Origin: Candidatus Niyogibacteria bacterium CG10_big_fil_rev_8_21_14_0_10_46_36
Lineage (GTDB): Bacteria; Patescibacteriota; Minisyncoccia; 1-14-0-10-42-19
DNA length: 64,000 bases
Direction of reading: 5' to 3'
Assembly (NCBI GenBank): GCA_002772995.1
Contig: PFCO01000005.1
Location: 17,001-81,000, forward strand
A program made the position numbers and the translations under genes. The stretch's first letter is position 1. Every line of letters starts with the position of its first letter. Below are positions 36,600-46,003 of the stretch, piece after piece. Under the pieces are notes generated by a model. That model saw only the letters and a list, made by a program, of their open reading frames with translations, had not been told where the DNA came from and did not search any database.

Positions 36600-37526
36600 A
36601 TGGCAAACAATCACTCGTTGCAGGAATTACACAAGCGATTCCTTGAATACATAGAAATAGAACGAGGCCGGTCTCTCAAAACGGTAAGGAATTATGACGC
36701 GTACCTCGCGCAATTTTTTCTATTTTCAAAAGCAAAGTTGCCGTCCGACATAACTGATGACCTTGTGCGCCAGTACCGCCTGTTCTTGAACCGCAAAACT
36801 GATGCGCGCGGAGGCACGCTCAAGAAAAAAACTCAAAACTATTATCTCATAGCGCTTCGCGGATTTTTAAAGTACCTTGCCCGTCAAAATATAAAATCTC
36901 TTCCCGCAGAACGGATAGAACTTGCCAAAACCGGCGACCGGGAGCTCGACCTTATATCAGAAAACGAATTAGGACGCCTGCTTGATGCCATCCCCAAAGA
37001 CACGGCATTCAAATCCCTCCGTGACCGAGCACTCTTGGAGCTTTTGTTCTCAAGCGGGCTCCGGGTATCCGAGCTCTGCTCTCTCAATCGCGACTCCATT
37101 AACACCCAGCGAAATGAATTTTCTATACGGGGGAAAGGAGAACGAGTACGGCTCGCGTTCGTATCCGATGAAGCAAAAACATATCTGGAACGCTACCTCG
37201 AATCCCGCAACGATATGAGCGATGCGCTCTTCGTAGGCGGACGGCCAAAAAAAGCGGGGTCGCTTATGGAGGCAACGCGTCTCACTTCCCGCTCTGTAGA
37301 ACGCATCGTAAAACACTACGCCATTAAGGCGGGCATTTCTAAAAAAGTAACCCCGCATGTACTCCGCCACATGTTTGCAACAAATCTCCTGCAAAACGGA
37401 GCGGATCTCCGGTCGGTTCAGCAGATGCTGGGGCACGCGAATGTAACCACAACGCAAATCTACACGCACATCACCAACAAACAACTCCGCGAAGTATATA
37501 AAAACTTCCACAAAAGAAAAAAATAA
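36600..37526 (+). CDS. XerC/XerD-family tyrosine recombinase
   Basis: RDRALLELLFSSGLRVSEL, GKG.RVR, TPHVLRHMFAT.LL.NGADLR.VQ.MLGH...TTQIYTH. Confidence 0.92.
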   Translation: MANNHSLQELHKRFLEYIEIERGRSLKTVRNYDAYLAQFFLFSKAKLPSDITDDLVRQYRLFLNRKTDARGGTLKKKTQNYYLIALRGFLKYLARQNIKSLPAERIELAKTGDRELDLISENELGRLLDAIPKDTAFKSLRDRALLELLFSSGLRVSELCSLNRDSINTQRNEFSIRGKGERVRLAFVSDEAKTYLERYLESRNDMSDALFVGGRPKKAGSLMEATRLTSRSVERIVKHYAIKAGISKKVTPHVLRHMFATNLLQNGADLRSVQQMLGHANVTTTQIYTHITNKQLREVYKNFHKRKK

Positions 37527-37556
37527 CACCTTGGGGCAATGCCCCAAGGTGTTTTT
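37525..37556. terminator. Bidirectional intrinsic terminator
   Basis: AACACCTTGGGGC-AAT-GCCCCAAGGTGTT. Confidence 0.8.
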
Positions 37557-38205
37557 ATTTTTGTGTGAACGCTTTTCTTCTTAAAAGCTCGTGTCGCATT
37601 TCGCGCTCATCCGGCCACCGCTTTCTAAATTCCGGATCCCAGGAAAAAGACCAGGGACTGTTTAAAAAATAGCTCCCGGAATGCTCAATGATAATCACCC
37701 GAAATGTAACGCTCTTTATCAGTATGTCCTCGCCGTTCTTTTCTGTAACAATAAACGCATCCTCAATCCGTTCAAATTCGGCATGAATAAAAACAAGATA
37801 TGCGTTTTCTTCTGCCGGCACATTGAATATCGGCTTTGCGTCTTCCGCCATATGCTTAGACTCTACTAATGATAGCTTTGCGCTACGCAAAAGATTATAA
37901 ACACCCACATACCCCTTTGCCTCTTTCGTTGCTGTTATGAAAGCATCGCGATATTGTTTCTTGAATTTTTTAAATTCTGCCTTGGGGTATATGATTTCTT
38001 TTTTGTGAAGCTCCCGACGAACCCGCTCGCTATGGTCAAAAAGAAAATCAAAATCATTCTTTTTGATAGCAAAACAAACACGTAAAGCGGCGTCCCCAGC
38101 CTCAAGCGATTGAGACATTGGGGGCGATTGTGCATTTTCAGCACCACTGGAACACGAAACAAAAAAGAGAGTGGAAAGCATTATCGCCATTCCAAGAAGT
38201 TTCAT
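37555..38205 (-). CDS. Hypothetical putative lipoprotein
   Basis: SD AAGGAGG, lipobox-like FVS-C. Confidence 0.7.
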   Translation of the reverse strand: MKLLGMAIMLSTLFFVSCSSGAENAQSPPMSQSLEAGDAALRVCFAIKKNDFDFLFDHSERVRRELHKKEIIYPKAEFKKFKKQYRDAFITATKEAKGYVGVYNLLRSAKLSLVESKHMAEDAKPIFNVPAEENAYLVFIHAEFERIEDAFIVTEKNGEDILIKSVTFRVIIIEHSGSYFLNSPWSFSWDPEFRKRWPDEREMRHELLRRKAFTQK

Positions 38206-38263
38206 TGATTTCCTCCTTTTTCTGTGTTTTTAAAAAACTATTTTTTATTATTATTTAGTAGCC

Positions 38264-38292
38264 ATTATACACCAAAAATAATAAAAAATCAA
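38264..38292 (-). promoter_or_regulatory. sigma70-type promoter
   Basis: Minus strand TTGATT-17 nt-TATAAT. Confidence 0.65.
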
Positions 38293-38333
38293 CCCCTCTC
38301 AGAGTTTAGCGCAAATCCCGAAAAGTCCTTTAT

Positions 38334-39341
38334 TTAGAAGGGGTTTGCAGCCCCCCGCACTTCAAAGTGTACATGACACCCGGTCGAAAGCCCAGTAGAG
38401 CCGACATATCCAATAACCTGCCCCTGAACGACGCGCCACCCCGCTCCTACAATAATAGAGCTCAAATGGGAATAAAGCGTCTGCGTTCCATTATTGTGGG
38501 CAATGACAATATATTCTCCATACCCCCCATTCCAGCCATACGAGCGCGCAACCATAACATTGCCTGAAGCAGACGCAACAACGGGCTCTCCGCACGATGT
38601 CGCAAGGTCAACTGCGTTGTACCCATGAAGACCCTGTGACTTTCTTCCGCCCGAGACAGGGCGCAAATAATACCCCACATATGTCGGGCCCCCTCCCCGC
38701 ACAATTGATCCTGACGAAGACACCGTCGGGGCATCAATTTCACCATTCGGAATAATAAGCGTCCCGCCCACCTTAAGGTCTACGCCGGAAGCTAAGTCGT
38801 TATATGCAAGAATTTCATCAGCGTCTCCTTTGTATTGCTTTGCAATAGAGCTGATAGTGTCTCCCTTCTTAATAGTATATTGCACGCCGGATACCGGAAG
38901 GATTAAAAGCGTCTGGCCCCGCTGGATGCTGGTAGCTCTCTTTATGTCATTTGCCCAAATGATAGTATTCACGCTTACATCAAACATTTTTGCAATCTGA
39001 GAAAGCGTGTCCCCGTCTCTTACAACATAAATGGATATCGTTGTAGATCTATTCAATTCGTTTGCTATGTCCGCCAAGCTCCCTAAGGGGCCAGAAACAG
39101 ACAAAAGCGCATTACCGCCTACAACGGCGATTTCCCCTCCCCCTTGTCCCGCTTTCAAATCGGCAACATAGTTATTTGCGAGAAGCGGAATGTTTTGTGC
39201 ACCGAATTCCGGAGCAATATCAAGCCTCTCATCTGCGACAAAGAGCTTTCCAATAAAAGAGAAAAGGCCCGCATGCACCAACAAAGGAGCAGAAATGAAC
39301 AGCACGACAAACAGCCCCCCAAAAAATCTTTTGCGCAGCAA
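38334..39341 (-). CDS. LysM x2 plus M23 peptidase (peptidoglycan endopeptidase)
   Basis: YVVRDGDTLSQIA, YTIKKGDTISSIA, HGYNAVD, YSHL, GSTG.STG.HVHFEV. Confidence 0.9.
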   Translation of the reverse strand: MLRKRFFGGLFVVLFISAPLLVHAGLFSFIGKLFVADERLDIAPEFGAQNIPLLANNYVADLKAGQGGGEIAVVGGNALLSVSGPLGSLADIANELNRSTTISIYVVRDGDTLSQIAKMFDVSVNTIIWANDIKRATSIQRGQTLLILPVSGVQYTIKKGDTISSIAKQYKGDADEILAYNDLASGVDLKVGGTLIIPNGEIDAPTVSSSGSIVRGGGPTYVGYYLRPVSGGRKSQGLHGYNAVDLATSCGEPVVASASGNVMVARSYGWNGGYGEYIVIAHNNGTQTLYSHLSSIIVGAGWRVVQGQVIGYVGSTGLSTGCHVHFEVRGAANPF

Positions 39342-39883
39342 AAAAGAAACAATGGTCCGTATAGAGCCTCGACCCGAATGAGTACTTGGAGGGTCTTGGT
39401 GTTCTGAGATGGTAGAAATAAGCCAGTTCCTTTTTTATAGCCCCAGCGCATCTCCGTCCTTCATCTTTCGTGTTCCAAACCTGCCTTCCCTAAGATGCCT
39501 GTTGCCCCTTATACGGCAAGAAAACCATGAAACCAACTCGCCTGTATAAGAAATTTAAAAGTGACAGAATTATATGTTGTAGAGACACAAAACTACAGAA
39601 TTATGCCCAAAAACAAAGAAAAAGTAACCATTCGGCCACTCCCAGACAGTATATCATTTCTTCCTCAAAATTCAATTTTGTTATGCACAGCTTTTCCACC
39701 CCGCTAGAAGCTCAATGGGAGCATTCCTTTTCACGGCCGAAGCGCTTTAAGCATGACAAACACAGACCCCCTTTTTACACAAAAGAAAAATAGGCATGAT
39801 TTTTGCTTTACAAAACCTCTCACAGGACACGCCCTCCTTAATACGCATACACTATGACAAAAAATGGTCTATAATAGCCTACA

Positions 39884-41806
39884 ATGAACAACACGCACCA
39901 CGCAGAGCCGGCTTCTTTCAACCCCGCTCAAAAAGAAGCGGTTCAGCACACAAAAGGGCCTCTATTAATATTGGCGGGAGCCGGTTCGGGTAAAACGCGC
40001 GTTCTCACTCATCGGATAGCCCACATCATTCAAAAAGGAACGCCGCCGCACCATGTTCTCGCGGTTACATTTACAAACAAAGCTGCGCAGGAAATGAAAA
40101 AGCGGATTCATGCGCTGCTCGGGGCGCCTCCCTCTCCCGCGGGGACGCCATGGATAGGGACATTCCATTCGCTTGGCGGATATATTCTCCGTAACGAATT
40201 TCAAAGAACGCGGCTTCCAAAACATTTTTCCATTTTTGACGAAGAAGACTCCCTTTCGCTTATAAAAGAATCCATCAAAGAACTGGCGCTTGACCCGAAA
40301 CAATTTCAGCCCACGCGCATCCGCGGATTTATTTCCCAAAAAAAGGGGGAGCTGGTAACACATGACATTTTTCGTGAAGAGAGCGGAGAGCATTACTACA
40401 CGCGGATTATAAGCACCGTCTGGGATCTTTACGAAGAAAAACTTCGGGCACAGAAAGGAGCAGATTTTGACGATCTCCTGCTGCTTCCTGTGGTGCTGTT
40501 CCGGGAACACCCGGACATACGAGATGCATACCAAAAAAAATGGTCCTACATCCATATTGACGAGTACCAGGACACGAACCACGCACAATATATTCTTGCC
40601 GGCATCCTCGCAAAAAAGCATGGCAATATCTGCGTTGTCGGAGACATAGACCAATGCATTTATTCTTGGCGGGGCGCAGACTTTAGAAACATCCTCGCAT
40701 TTGAGAATGACTGGCCGGATGGGCGCGTCATTACTTTGGAAGAAAATTACCGCTCCACCCAGATTATTCTGGATGCGGCAAACACGGTGATTGAAAAAAA
40801 TAAGCACCGAAGACCGAAAAATCTTTTCACCCAAAAACAAGGAGGAGAAAAAATAGTACTTATACCCACGCCATCCGAAAAGGACGAAGCGCGCTACGTC
40901 GTTGAATCCATACGCGCCGTACGCGAAAAAGGCCTTCAATTAAGGGAAATTGCGGTTCTCATGCGTACGAATTTCCAATCGCGCATCCTTGAAGAAGCCT
41001 TTCTGGAGTCGCGCATCCCCTACCGCCTTACCGGAGTTAAATTCTTTAACCGGAAAGAAATAAAAGACATCCTTGCATATGTCAAAGCATCGCTTAACCG
41101 GGATGACCTCGTAAGCGTAAAAAGAATAATAAACGCGCCAACACGGGGTATTGGACCAACTCTCACGCTCAAAATCCTCGGAGGAGTGCCGCTAAAACCG
41201 CGCGAAGAAGAAAAAAGAAACGCCTTCGTTGCGCTTCTTGATGAAGTCAAGAAAACAACAACAACGCTCCCCCCGTCAAAGGCATTCAAAACAATATTGA
41301 AAAAGACCGGATATATGAATATGTGGGACGAAGAAACTGAAGAGGGCGCCATGCGCATAGCAAACCTCAAAGAACTCGTGAGCCTTGCTACACGATACGA
41401 TACGCACAACCCAGAAACAGGCATGCATGCGCTCCTTGAGGATGCGGCACTCATGTCAGAACAAGACGCCATACAAGAAGATGAGGACGCGGTACATATT
41501 ATGACTGTGCATGCCGCAAAGGGCCTCGAATTTGACCAGGTGTTTTTGGTTGGACTTGAAGATGGCTTATTCCCTCACATAGCGCTCGCCGGCGAGAACG
41601 AAGAGGAGCGCGGAGAAGAAGAGCGCCGTTTATTTTATGTAGCGCTTACCCGCGCGCGCAAAAAAATTGTTATTTCGTTTTCTCTTGTCCGCACCATATT
41701 CGGGGAAAAGCGAGTCAATGCGCCGTCAAGATTTTTATCTGACATTCCGGGGCATCTCGTAGAAAACATTATGGATACGGAGGGCATTATTCATTACGAC
41801 CTATAA
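39884..41806 (+). CDS. pcrA: ATP-dependent DNA helicase UvrD/PcrA
   Basis: LAGAGSGKT, TFTNKAA, DEYQDTN, GDIDQ.IYSWRGA, MTVHAAKGLEF, EERRLFYVALTRAR. Confidence 0.92.
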   Translation: MNNTHHAEPASFNPAQKEAVQHTKGPLLILAGAGSGKTRVLTHRIAHIIQKGTPPHHVLAVTFTNKAAQEMKKRIHALLGAPPSPAGTPWIGTFHSLGGYILRNEFQRTRLPKHFSIFDEEDSLSLIKESIKELALDPKQFQPTRIRGFISQKKGELVTHDIFREESGEHYYTRIISTVWDLYEEKLRAQKGADFDDLLLLPVVLFREHPDIRDAYQKKWSYIHIDEYQDTNHAQYILAGILAKKHGNICVVGDIDQCIYSWRGADFRNILAFENDWPDGRVITLEENYRSTQIILDAANTVIEKNKHRRPKNLFTQKQGGEKIVLIPTPSEKDEARYVVESIRAVREKGLQLREIAVLMRTNFQSRILEEAFLESRIPYRLTGVKFFNRKEIKDILAYVKASLNRDDLVSVKRIINAPTRGIGPTLTLKILGGVPLKPREEEKRNAFVALLDEVKKTTTTLPPSKAFKTILKKTGYMNMWDEETEEGAMRIANLKELVSLATRYDTHNPETGMHALLEDAALMSEQDAIQEDEDAVHIMTVHAAKGLEFDQVFLVGLEDGLFPHIALAGENEEERGEEERRLFYVALTRARKKIVISFSLVRTIFGEKRVNAPSRFLSDIPGHLVENIMDTEGIIHYDL

Positions 41807-41812
41807 TCACAC

Positions 41813-42595
41813 ATGAAAAAACTTGGCCAACATTTTCTTACATCAAAAAATATTGCGGAACGCATTGCAGGCGCCGCGGATATATCTTCGCGCGACACCA
41901 TCCTCGAAATAGGGCCGGGGAAGGGCGCGTTAACGCGCGCGCTCCTGGAAAAAAATCCGAAAAAAATCATTGCTGTAGAAAAAGACACGAGACTTATTCC
42001 TGTGCTACAGGCCTTGTTCGGTGACAAAAAAAAATTTTCTGTAATCGAGGGCGATATCCGCGAACTAGTGCAAAAAAATCAGCTCAAAAAACAGCTCGGG
42101 ACTTCCTATAAAGTGGTGGCGAATATCCCCTACTACCTAACCTCATACCTTATCCGCATATTGCTGGAAAACGGCTTAACAAAGCCAAAATCAATTGTTT
42201 TCATGGTACAAAAAGAAGTCGCGTTTCGTATCGCGCAAAAACCCCCTCATATGAATCTTTTGGCGCTTTCCGCGCAAAGCGCAGGAGATGTCCGTGTTGC
42301 GTTCACTGTTCCAAAAAAATATTTTTCTCCAAAGCCAAAAGTGGATTCCGCGGTGATAGTGATAGACAACATATCACAAAAGTTTTTTACGCGCGTCGAC
42401 AAAAAAAAATTTTTTGCCCTTTTGCATGTAGGCTTTTCAAGCAAACGAAAAATGCTTGCGAGCAATCTCATAAAAAAATATTCCATCCCGCGATCCGAGA
42501 TAGAACATGTGTTCCGCGCATGCGCCATTGACACAAAAGCTCGCGCCGAAAATCTTTCACTCAAAGATTGGAAGTGCATATGTGCAGAGATATAA
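41813..42595 (+). CDS. rsmA: 16S rRNA m6,2A dimethyltransferase
   Basis: KLGQHFL, LEIGPGKGALT, VANIPYY, MVQKEVA, PKPKVDSAV. Confidence 0.94.
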   Translation: MKKLGQHFLTSKNIAERIAGAADISSRDTILEIGPGKGALTRALLEKNPKKIIAVEKDTRLIPVLQALFGDKKKFSVIEGDIRELVQKNQLKKQLGTSYKVVANIPYYLTSYLIRILLENGLTKPKSIVFMVQKEVAFRIAQKPPHMNLLALSAQSAGDVRVAFTVPKKYFSPKPKVDSAVIVIDNISQKFFTRVDKKKFFALLHVGFSSKRKMLASNLIKKYSIPRSEIEHVFRACAIDTKARAENLSLKDWKCICAEI

Positions 42596-42604
42596 CAATA
42601 CTGT

Positions 42605-43612
42605 TTACCCGCACCCGCAAATGCCAGTGTCTTCGTCCCAAATGGCATTCGGCCAAGCAGCACACACTCCATTCAAACACCCGATAGGAACTCCGCCGGC
42701 ACTGCAATTACAGCATGGTGCGAATGTATTAAAACCGCACACAAGATTGAACGGTGCAAAATCTTTATAACACCCTCCCGTAATTTCCCCAACGCCAAGC
42801 CCTCCCGCAATTCCAGCAACAGTCGCTGCCCCTCCGGTAAGATCAAAAATGAGTCCGCACCCCTGAAATATATCACCGCCTGGAGTTTGCGCATGCGCCT
42901 CTTGCGCTGAGCTCATAAAACGGAGGTACTCTATAAAACGCATAAGAGAAGCATATGTCTCTTTCTTTTCAAAAAGAGCGCTGCCGTTTTCCAAAGCTTC
43001 ATATTCAAGAAACGCACGCTCAAGAATGCTTCGTTCCTGCCCAATAAGAAGCGGGAGCTCTCCCTGCAGCGTAGAACGAAACTGTTCCGCTTGAAATAAA
43101 GAAATGTGCTGCTTTGATTCCATGTAATCCACCATATGAAGCAACAAAGAAAATATCTCTTGGTCGGTAGAGAAATTTGATCTTTCCGACTCAGACAAAA
43201 ACCCCTCGCGGATCAGAATATCTTGGAGGGTTGCCAGATATTCTTTGTATTCTGTAGGCCATACAAACGAAAATACCTCCTCATCAGTAAGCGGCCGGAG
43301 GTTCTTTTTTTTGCCCTCTTTCTCTAAAACCGGATCTTTTGAAGATTCAGGCTCCTGAAATATGCCCCCCGCATAAGAAGAAAAGCGCACCAACGGGTCA
43401 ACAAAAGTGGCTCTGAAATCATTGCTATATAAGGAAAATCCGCCCCCTTCCATTCTTTTCTCGGTATCGGACAAGAATCTTTGTGCTTGTTCTCCATCTT
43501 GGGGAGTGGGTGTGTTTGGATGCCACAAAAAAAGCAGTGAAAAGGAAATAATAAGAAATAATGCGCCTGTAACAATGCTTTTGATGAATTTTTTATCCAT
43601 TATGTTCATCAT
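42605..43612 (-). CDS. Hypothetical membrane-anchored protein with Cys-rich C-terminus
   Basis: N-terminal TM; ends CCNC...CLNGVC...AIWD...ICGCG. Confidence 0.7.
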   Translation of the reverse strand: MMNIMDKKFIKSIVTGALFLIISFSLLFLWHPNTPTPQDGEQAQRFLSDTEKRMEGGGFSLYSNDFRATFVDPLVRFSSYAGGIFQEPESSKDPVLEKEGKKKNLRPLTDEEVFSFVWPTEYKEYLATLQDILIREGFLSESERSNFSTDQEIFSLLLHMVDYMESKQHISLFQAEQFRSTLQGELPLLIGQERSILERAFLEYEALENGSALFEKKETYASLMRFIEYLRFMSSAQEAHAQTPGGDIFQGCGLIFDLTGGAATVAGIAGGLGVGEITGGCYKDFAPFNLVCGFNTFAPCCNCSAGGVPIGCLNGVCAAWPNAIWDEDTGICGCG

Positions 43613-43711
43613 ATCTTTCTTTTAAGCCGCCGCCAATCCGCATTCCTGCCGTACACAAGTGGAGGTTTTCCACATAAACCCATTTCCTAAGGGAAATAAG
43701 CGTTTTTCGGG

Positions 43712-43720
43712 TGCTATAAT
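43712..43720 (+). promoter_or_regulatory. Extended -10 promoter of the T4SS-like operon
   Basis: TGCTATAAT; CGGGTGCTATAATA is identical to the site upstream of dnaA. Confidence 0.6.
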
Positions 43721-43753
43721 AAAGTAAAGAATAACATAATACATTAAACGGTT

Positions 43754-44740
43754 TTGGAACCACAATCACATAAAAACGCAATCATTATATTTCTTGCGCT
43801 CCTGCTCATTGTGGGAGGGTGGTTTTCTATATTTGAATTAAAAAATACCCAGGAAAAAGTTGCGTACTCTTCTCCGAAAGAAAAAACCGCTGAGAATGAT
43901 TCCTACATTGGGCAGGATAAGGACGGCGACGGACTTTTAGACTGGGCAGAAGAACTTTTAGGGACGGATCCGGCAAATCCGGATACTGATAATGATGGCA
44001 CACCGGACGGAGAAGAAATAACGCTCAAGAGAAACCCTCTAAAAGCAGATAACGATGCGCTCTCTCTCCCTGAGAATGATGGAAAAAGTCTTTCCGGCCT
44101 AAGTGCTCAAATCGCAGGCGGGATTGCGGGTGAATATTTGCTGCTCAAAGAAAAGGGGGGCGCAAACCAAGAAGAAATTATTAATACGCTCACCGCGCAG
44201 ATCGTATCGCGCATCAACGCAGCGGGCGCCATTGCCGATGCGTACACAGTAAAAGATATCCGGACTATTGCTTCCAGCCCCGCTGTAACGCACGCATATA
44301 TAAACGAGGTGGGCAGCATATTGAATGCGCGCTTTGCAAACATAAACACCGGTGAAATTGAATTATTAAATGCCATTATCGAGACTCAGTCATTTGATCG
44401 CTTGCAGGAATTTGATACATATGTCCGAGCTTACGAAAATGCAATGCGTGATCTCTTGGCGCTTTCCGCACCCGACTCATTTTCTTCAATGCATATCGCA
44501 CTTATAAATAATTTTTCCAATCTTTCGCGCATCAACACATCATTTGTGCAGTTTGAAACGGACCCCGCGTCCGCCCTTGTTAATCTCCGTTATTATCAAA
44601 GTGAAACAGAACGCTTCAAAATAGTTATAAAAAATATCAATGTTGTACTTGAGCAAGCCGGCGTCTTTTTTGCCGACACAGAAAACGGTTCTGTGGTGGT
44701 GGAATATTATAACGAACTTAAAAACAACGGGGCAATTTAA
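43754..44740 (+). CDS. Membrane-anchored protein with TSP3-like Ca-binding repeats
   Basis: DKDGDGLLDWAE...GTDP..PDTDNDGTPDGEE. Confidence 0.75.
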   Translation: MEPQSHKNAIIIFLALLLIVGGWFSIFELKNTQEKVAYSSPKEKTAENDSYIGQDKDGDGLLDWAEELLGTDPANPDTDNDGTPDGEEITLKRNPLKADNDALSLPENDGKSLSGLSAQIAGGIAGEYLLLKEKGGANQEEIINTLTAQIVSRINAAGAIADAYTVKDIRTIASSPAVTHAYINEVGSILNARFANINTGEIELLNAIIETQSFDRLQEFDTYVRAYENAMRDLLALSAPDSFSSMHIALINNFSNLSRINTSFVQFETDPASALVNLRYYQSETERFKIVIKNINVVLEQAGVFFADTENGSVVVEYYNELKNNGAI

Positions 44741-44744
44741 TACT

Positions 44745-46001
44745 ATGTCTGCATCTGTTAAAAAAATTATATTAAGCGCACTCATTCTCGGCATAGCCGC
44801 TCCTTTGTTCTTTTTTGCGTTACCGCAAAAGACAGAAGCAAGTGTTCCGGTACATGAAACAGCGCTCCTGAAAGAGGGACCATATGACATTGCAGCATAC
44901 ACCATAGCAAAACAGCTTTGGCGTCAGCTTATCCGTGATATTGTCGGATGGATACAAACAGGAAATATTTATGGAGGACCTCTTTTTGTCCAAAACTTTG
45001 ATGTTTTTTTTCACCAGCTTACACGTGATGGCGTCGCTATATTTATCGATAGCCTTCTTGATCCTATAACCCAAAAAAACATACCGAGCCCCTTTCGTGA
45101 CATAATCACCGAATCCGCAGTAATTACTCTCAATACATCTTCGGCAAACCTTAAATCAAGTCTAACGGGCATAGTCCCCGATGAAACTGTTTTTTATAAA
45201 GACCTTTCCGAGGGAGGAATGATTGGTTTGCGAGAAATTCTCACAACCCCGCAAAGCAGCCTTACAGGCCGCCTTCTTGTAGCGCTTGATGATGCTGACA
45301 GGCAAGCAGCCCTGGAAACACAATCAGGCAGCACCGAAATATCTTCATCCGAAGGATTTTGGGGATATGCTGACTGCATAGGATGGATAGAAGACTTCGG
45401 CAGCGGAAGGAATGTCTGTCTCGGCCGCAGTGTTAAAACGCCGGGCTCAAACGCTCAGGATCTTTTAGCGTCAGCTCTTGAGTCAGACATAGACACGCTT
45501 GAAGTAGCAGACGAACTCCAAGAAATAATTGCGGCAATCCTTGACCGGCTCATGTTCAGCATACTTGACTTCGACCTGTCAGACGCAAGCCTTGATCCGT
45601 TTAGCGGCATAGACAGAACGCCTCCAAGTGGAGGTGGAGGAAGTGGCGGAGGCAGCGGGGGCATTACTCCCCCAGCAGGAGGACAGGTGGTTGCAAATCC
45701 CGTTTGTCTCACCAACGGAACTCCTGCAATAAACATCACTTGGAGCATAGACACCGCAAATGTGGTAAACACGATTGCTGTTGTTCGTTACTGCACCGGG
45801 CAAGCATGCGTCCCCACAACATCAAGCCCTGTTGCGTGTATAAGCCCGACCTCTGCATCTTCATGCGTCCAAGACGGAATTACCTCCGGAGGCACATATA
45901 CATACAAGGTATTTGTTTATCAAACCCTGCAAGACACAAATAGCCCTCCCCTTACAACAAGTTCAAATGTATTTGCTGCTACAGCATTAACCTGTAATTA
46001 A
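44745..46001 (+). CDS. Secreted T4SS-locus protein
   Basis: Signal peptide, helical body, Gly linker, Cys-containing beta-rich (FN3-like) tail. Confidence 0.7.
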   Translation: MSASVKKIILSALILGIAAPLFFFALPQKTEASVPVHETALLKEGPYDIAAYTIAKQLWRQLIRDIVGWIQTGNIYGGPLFVQNFDVFFHQLTRDGVAIFIDSLLDPITQKNIPSPFRDIITESAVITLNTSSANLKSSLTGIVPDETVFYKDLSEGGMIGLREILTTPQSSLTGRLLVALDDADRQAALETQSGSTEISSSEGFWGYADCIGWIEDFGSGRNVCLGRSVKTPGSNAQDLLASALESDIDTLEVADELQEIIAAILDRLMFSILDFDLSDASLDPFSGIDRTPPSGGGGSGGGSGGITPPAGGQVVANPVCLTNGTPAINITWSIDTANVVNTIAVVRYCTGQACVPTTSSPVACISPTSASSCVQDGITSGGTYTYKVFVYQTLQDTNSPPLTTSSNVFAATALTCN

Positions 46002-46003
46002 TT

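Noticed and set aside
36600..37526. Prophage or island integrase
   Set aside because: Motifs and length fit housekeeping XerC/D; no phage genes or att repeats nearby
39527..39793. 88-aa plus-strand ORF in the M23-pcrA intergenic region
   Set aside because: No recognisable motif; overlaps promoter, DnaA-box-like and repeat sequence
39965..40939. 324-aa antisense ORF (similarly 60845-61678, 53866-54657 and 23737-24507)
   Set aside because: Shadows of well-supported genes on the opposite strand, with no recognisable motifs
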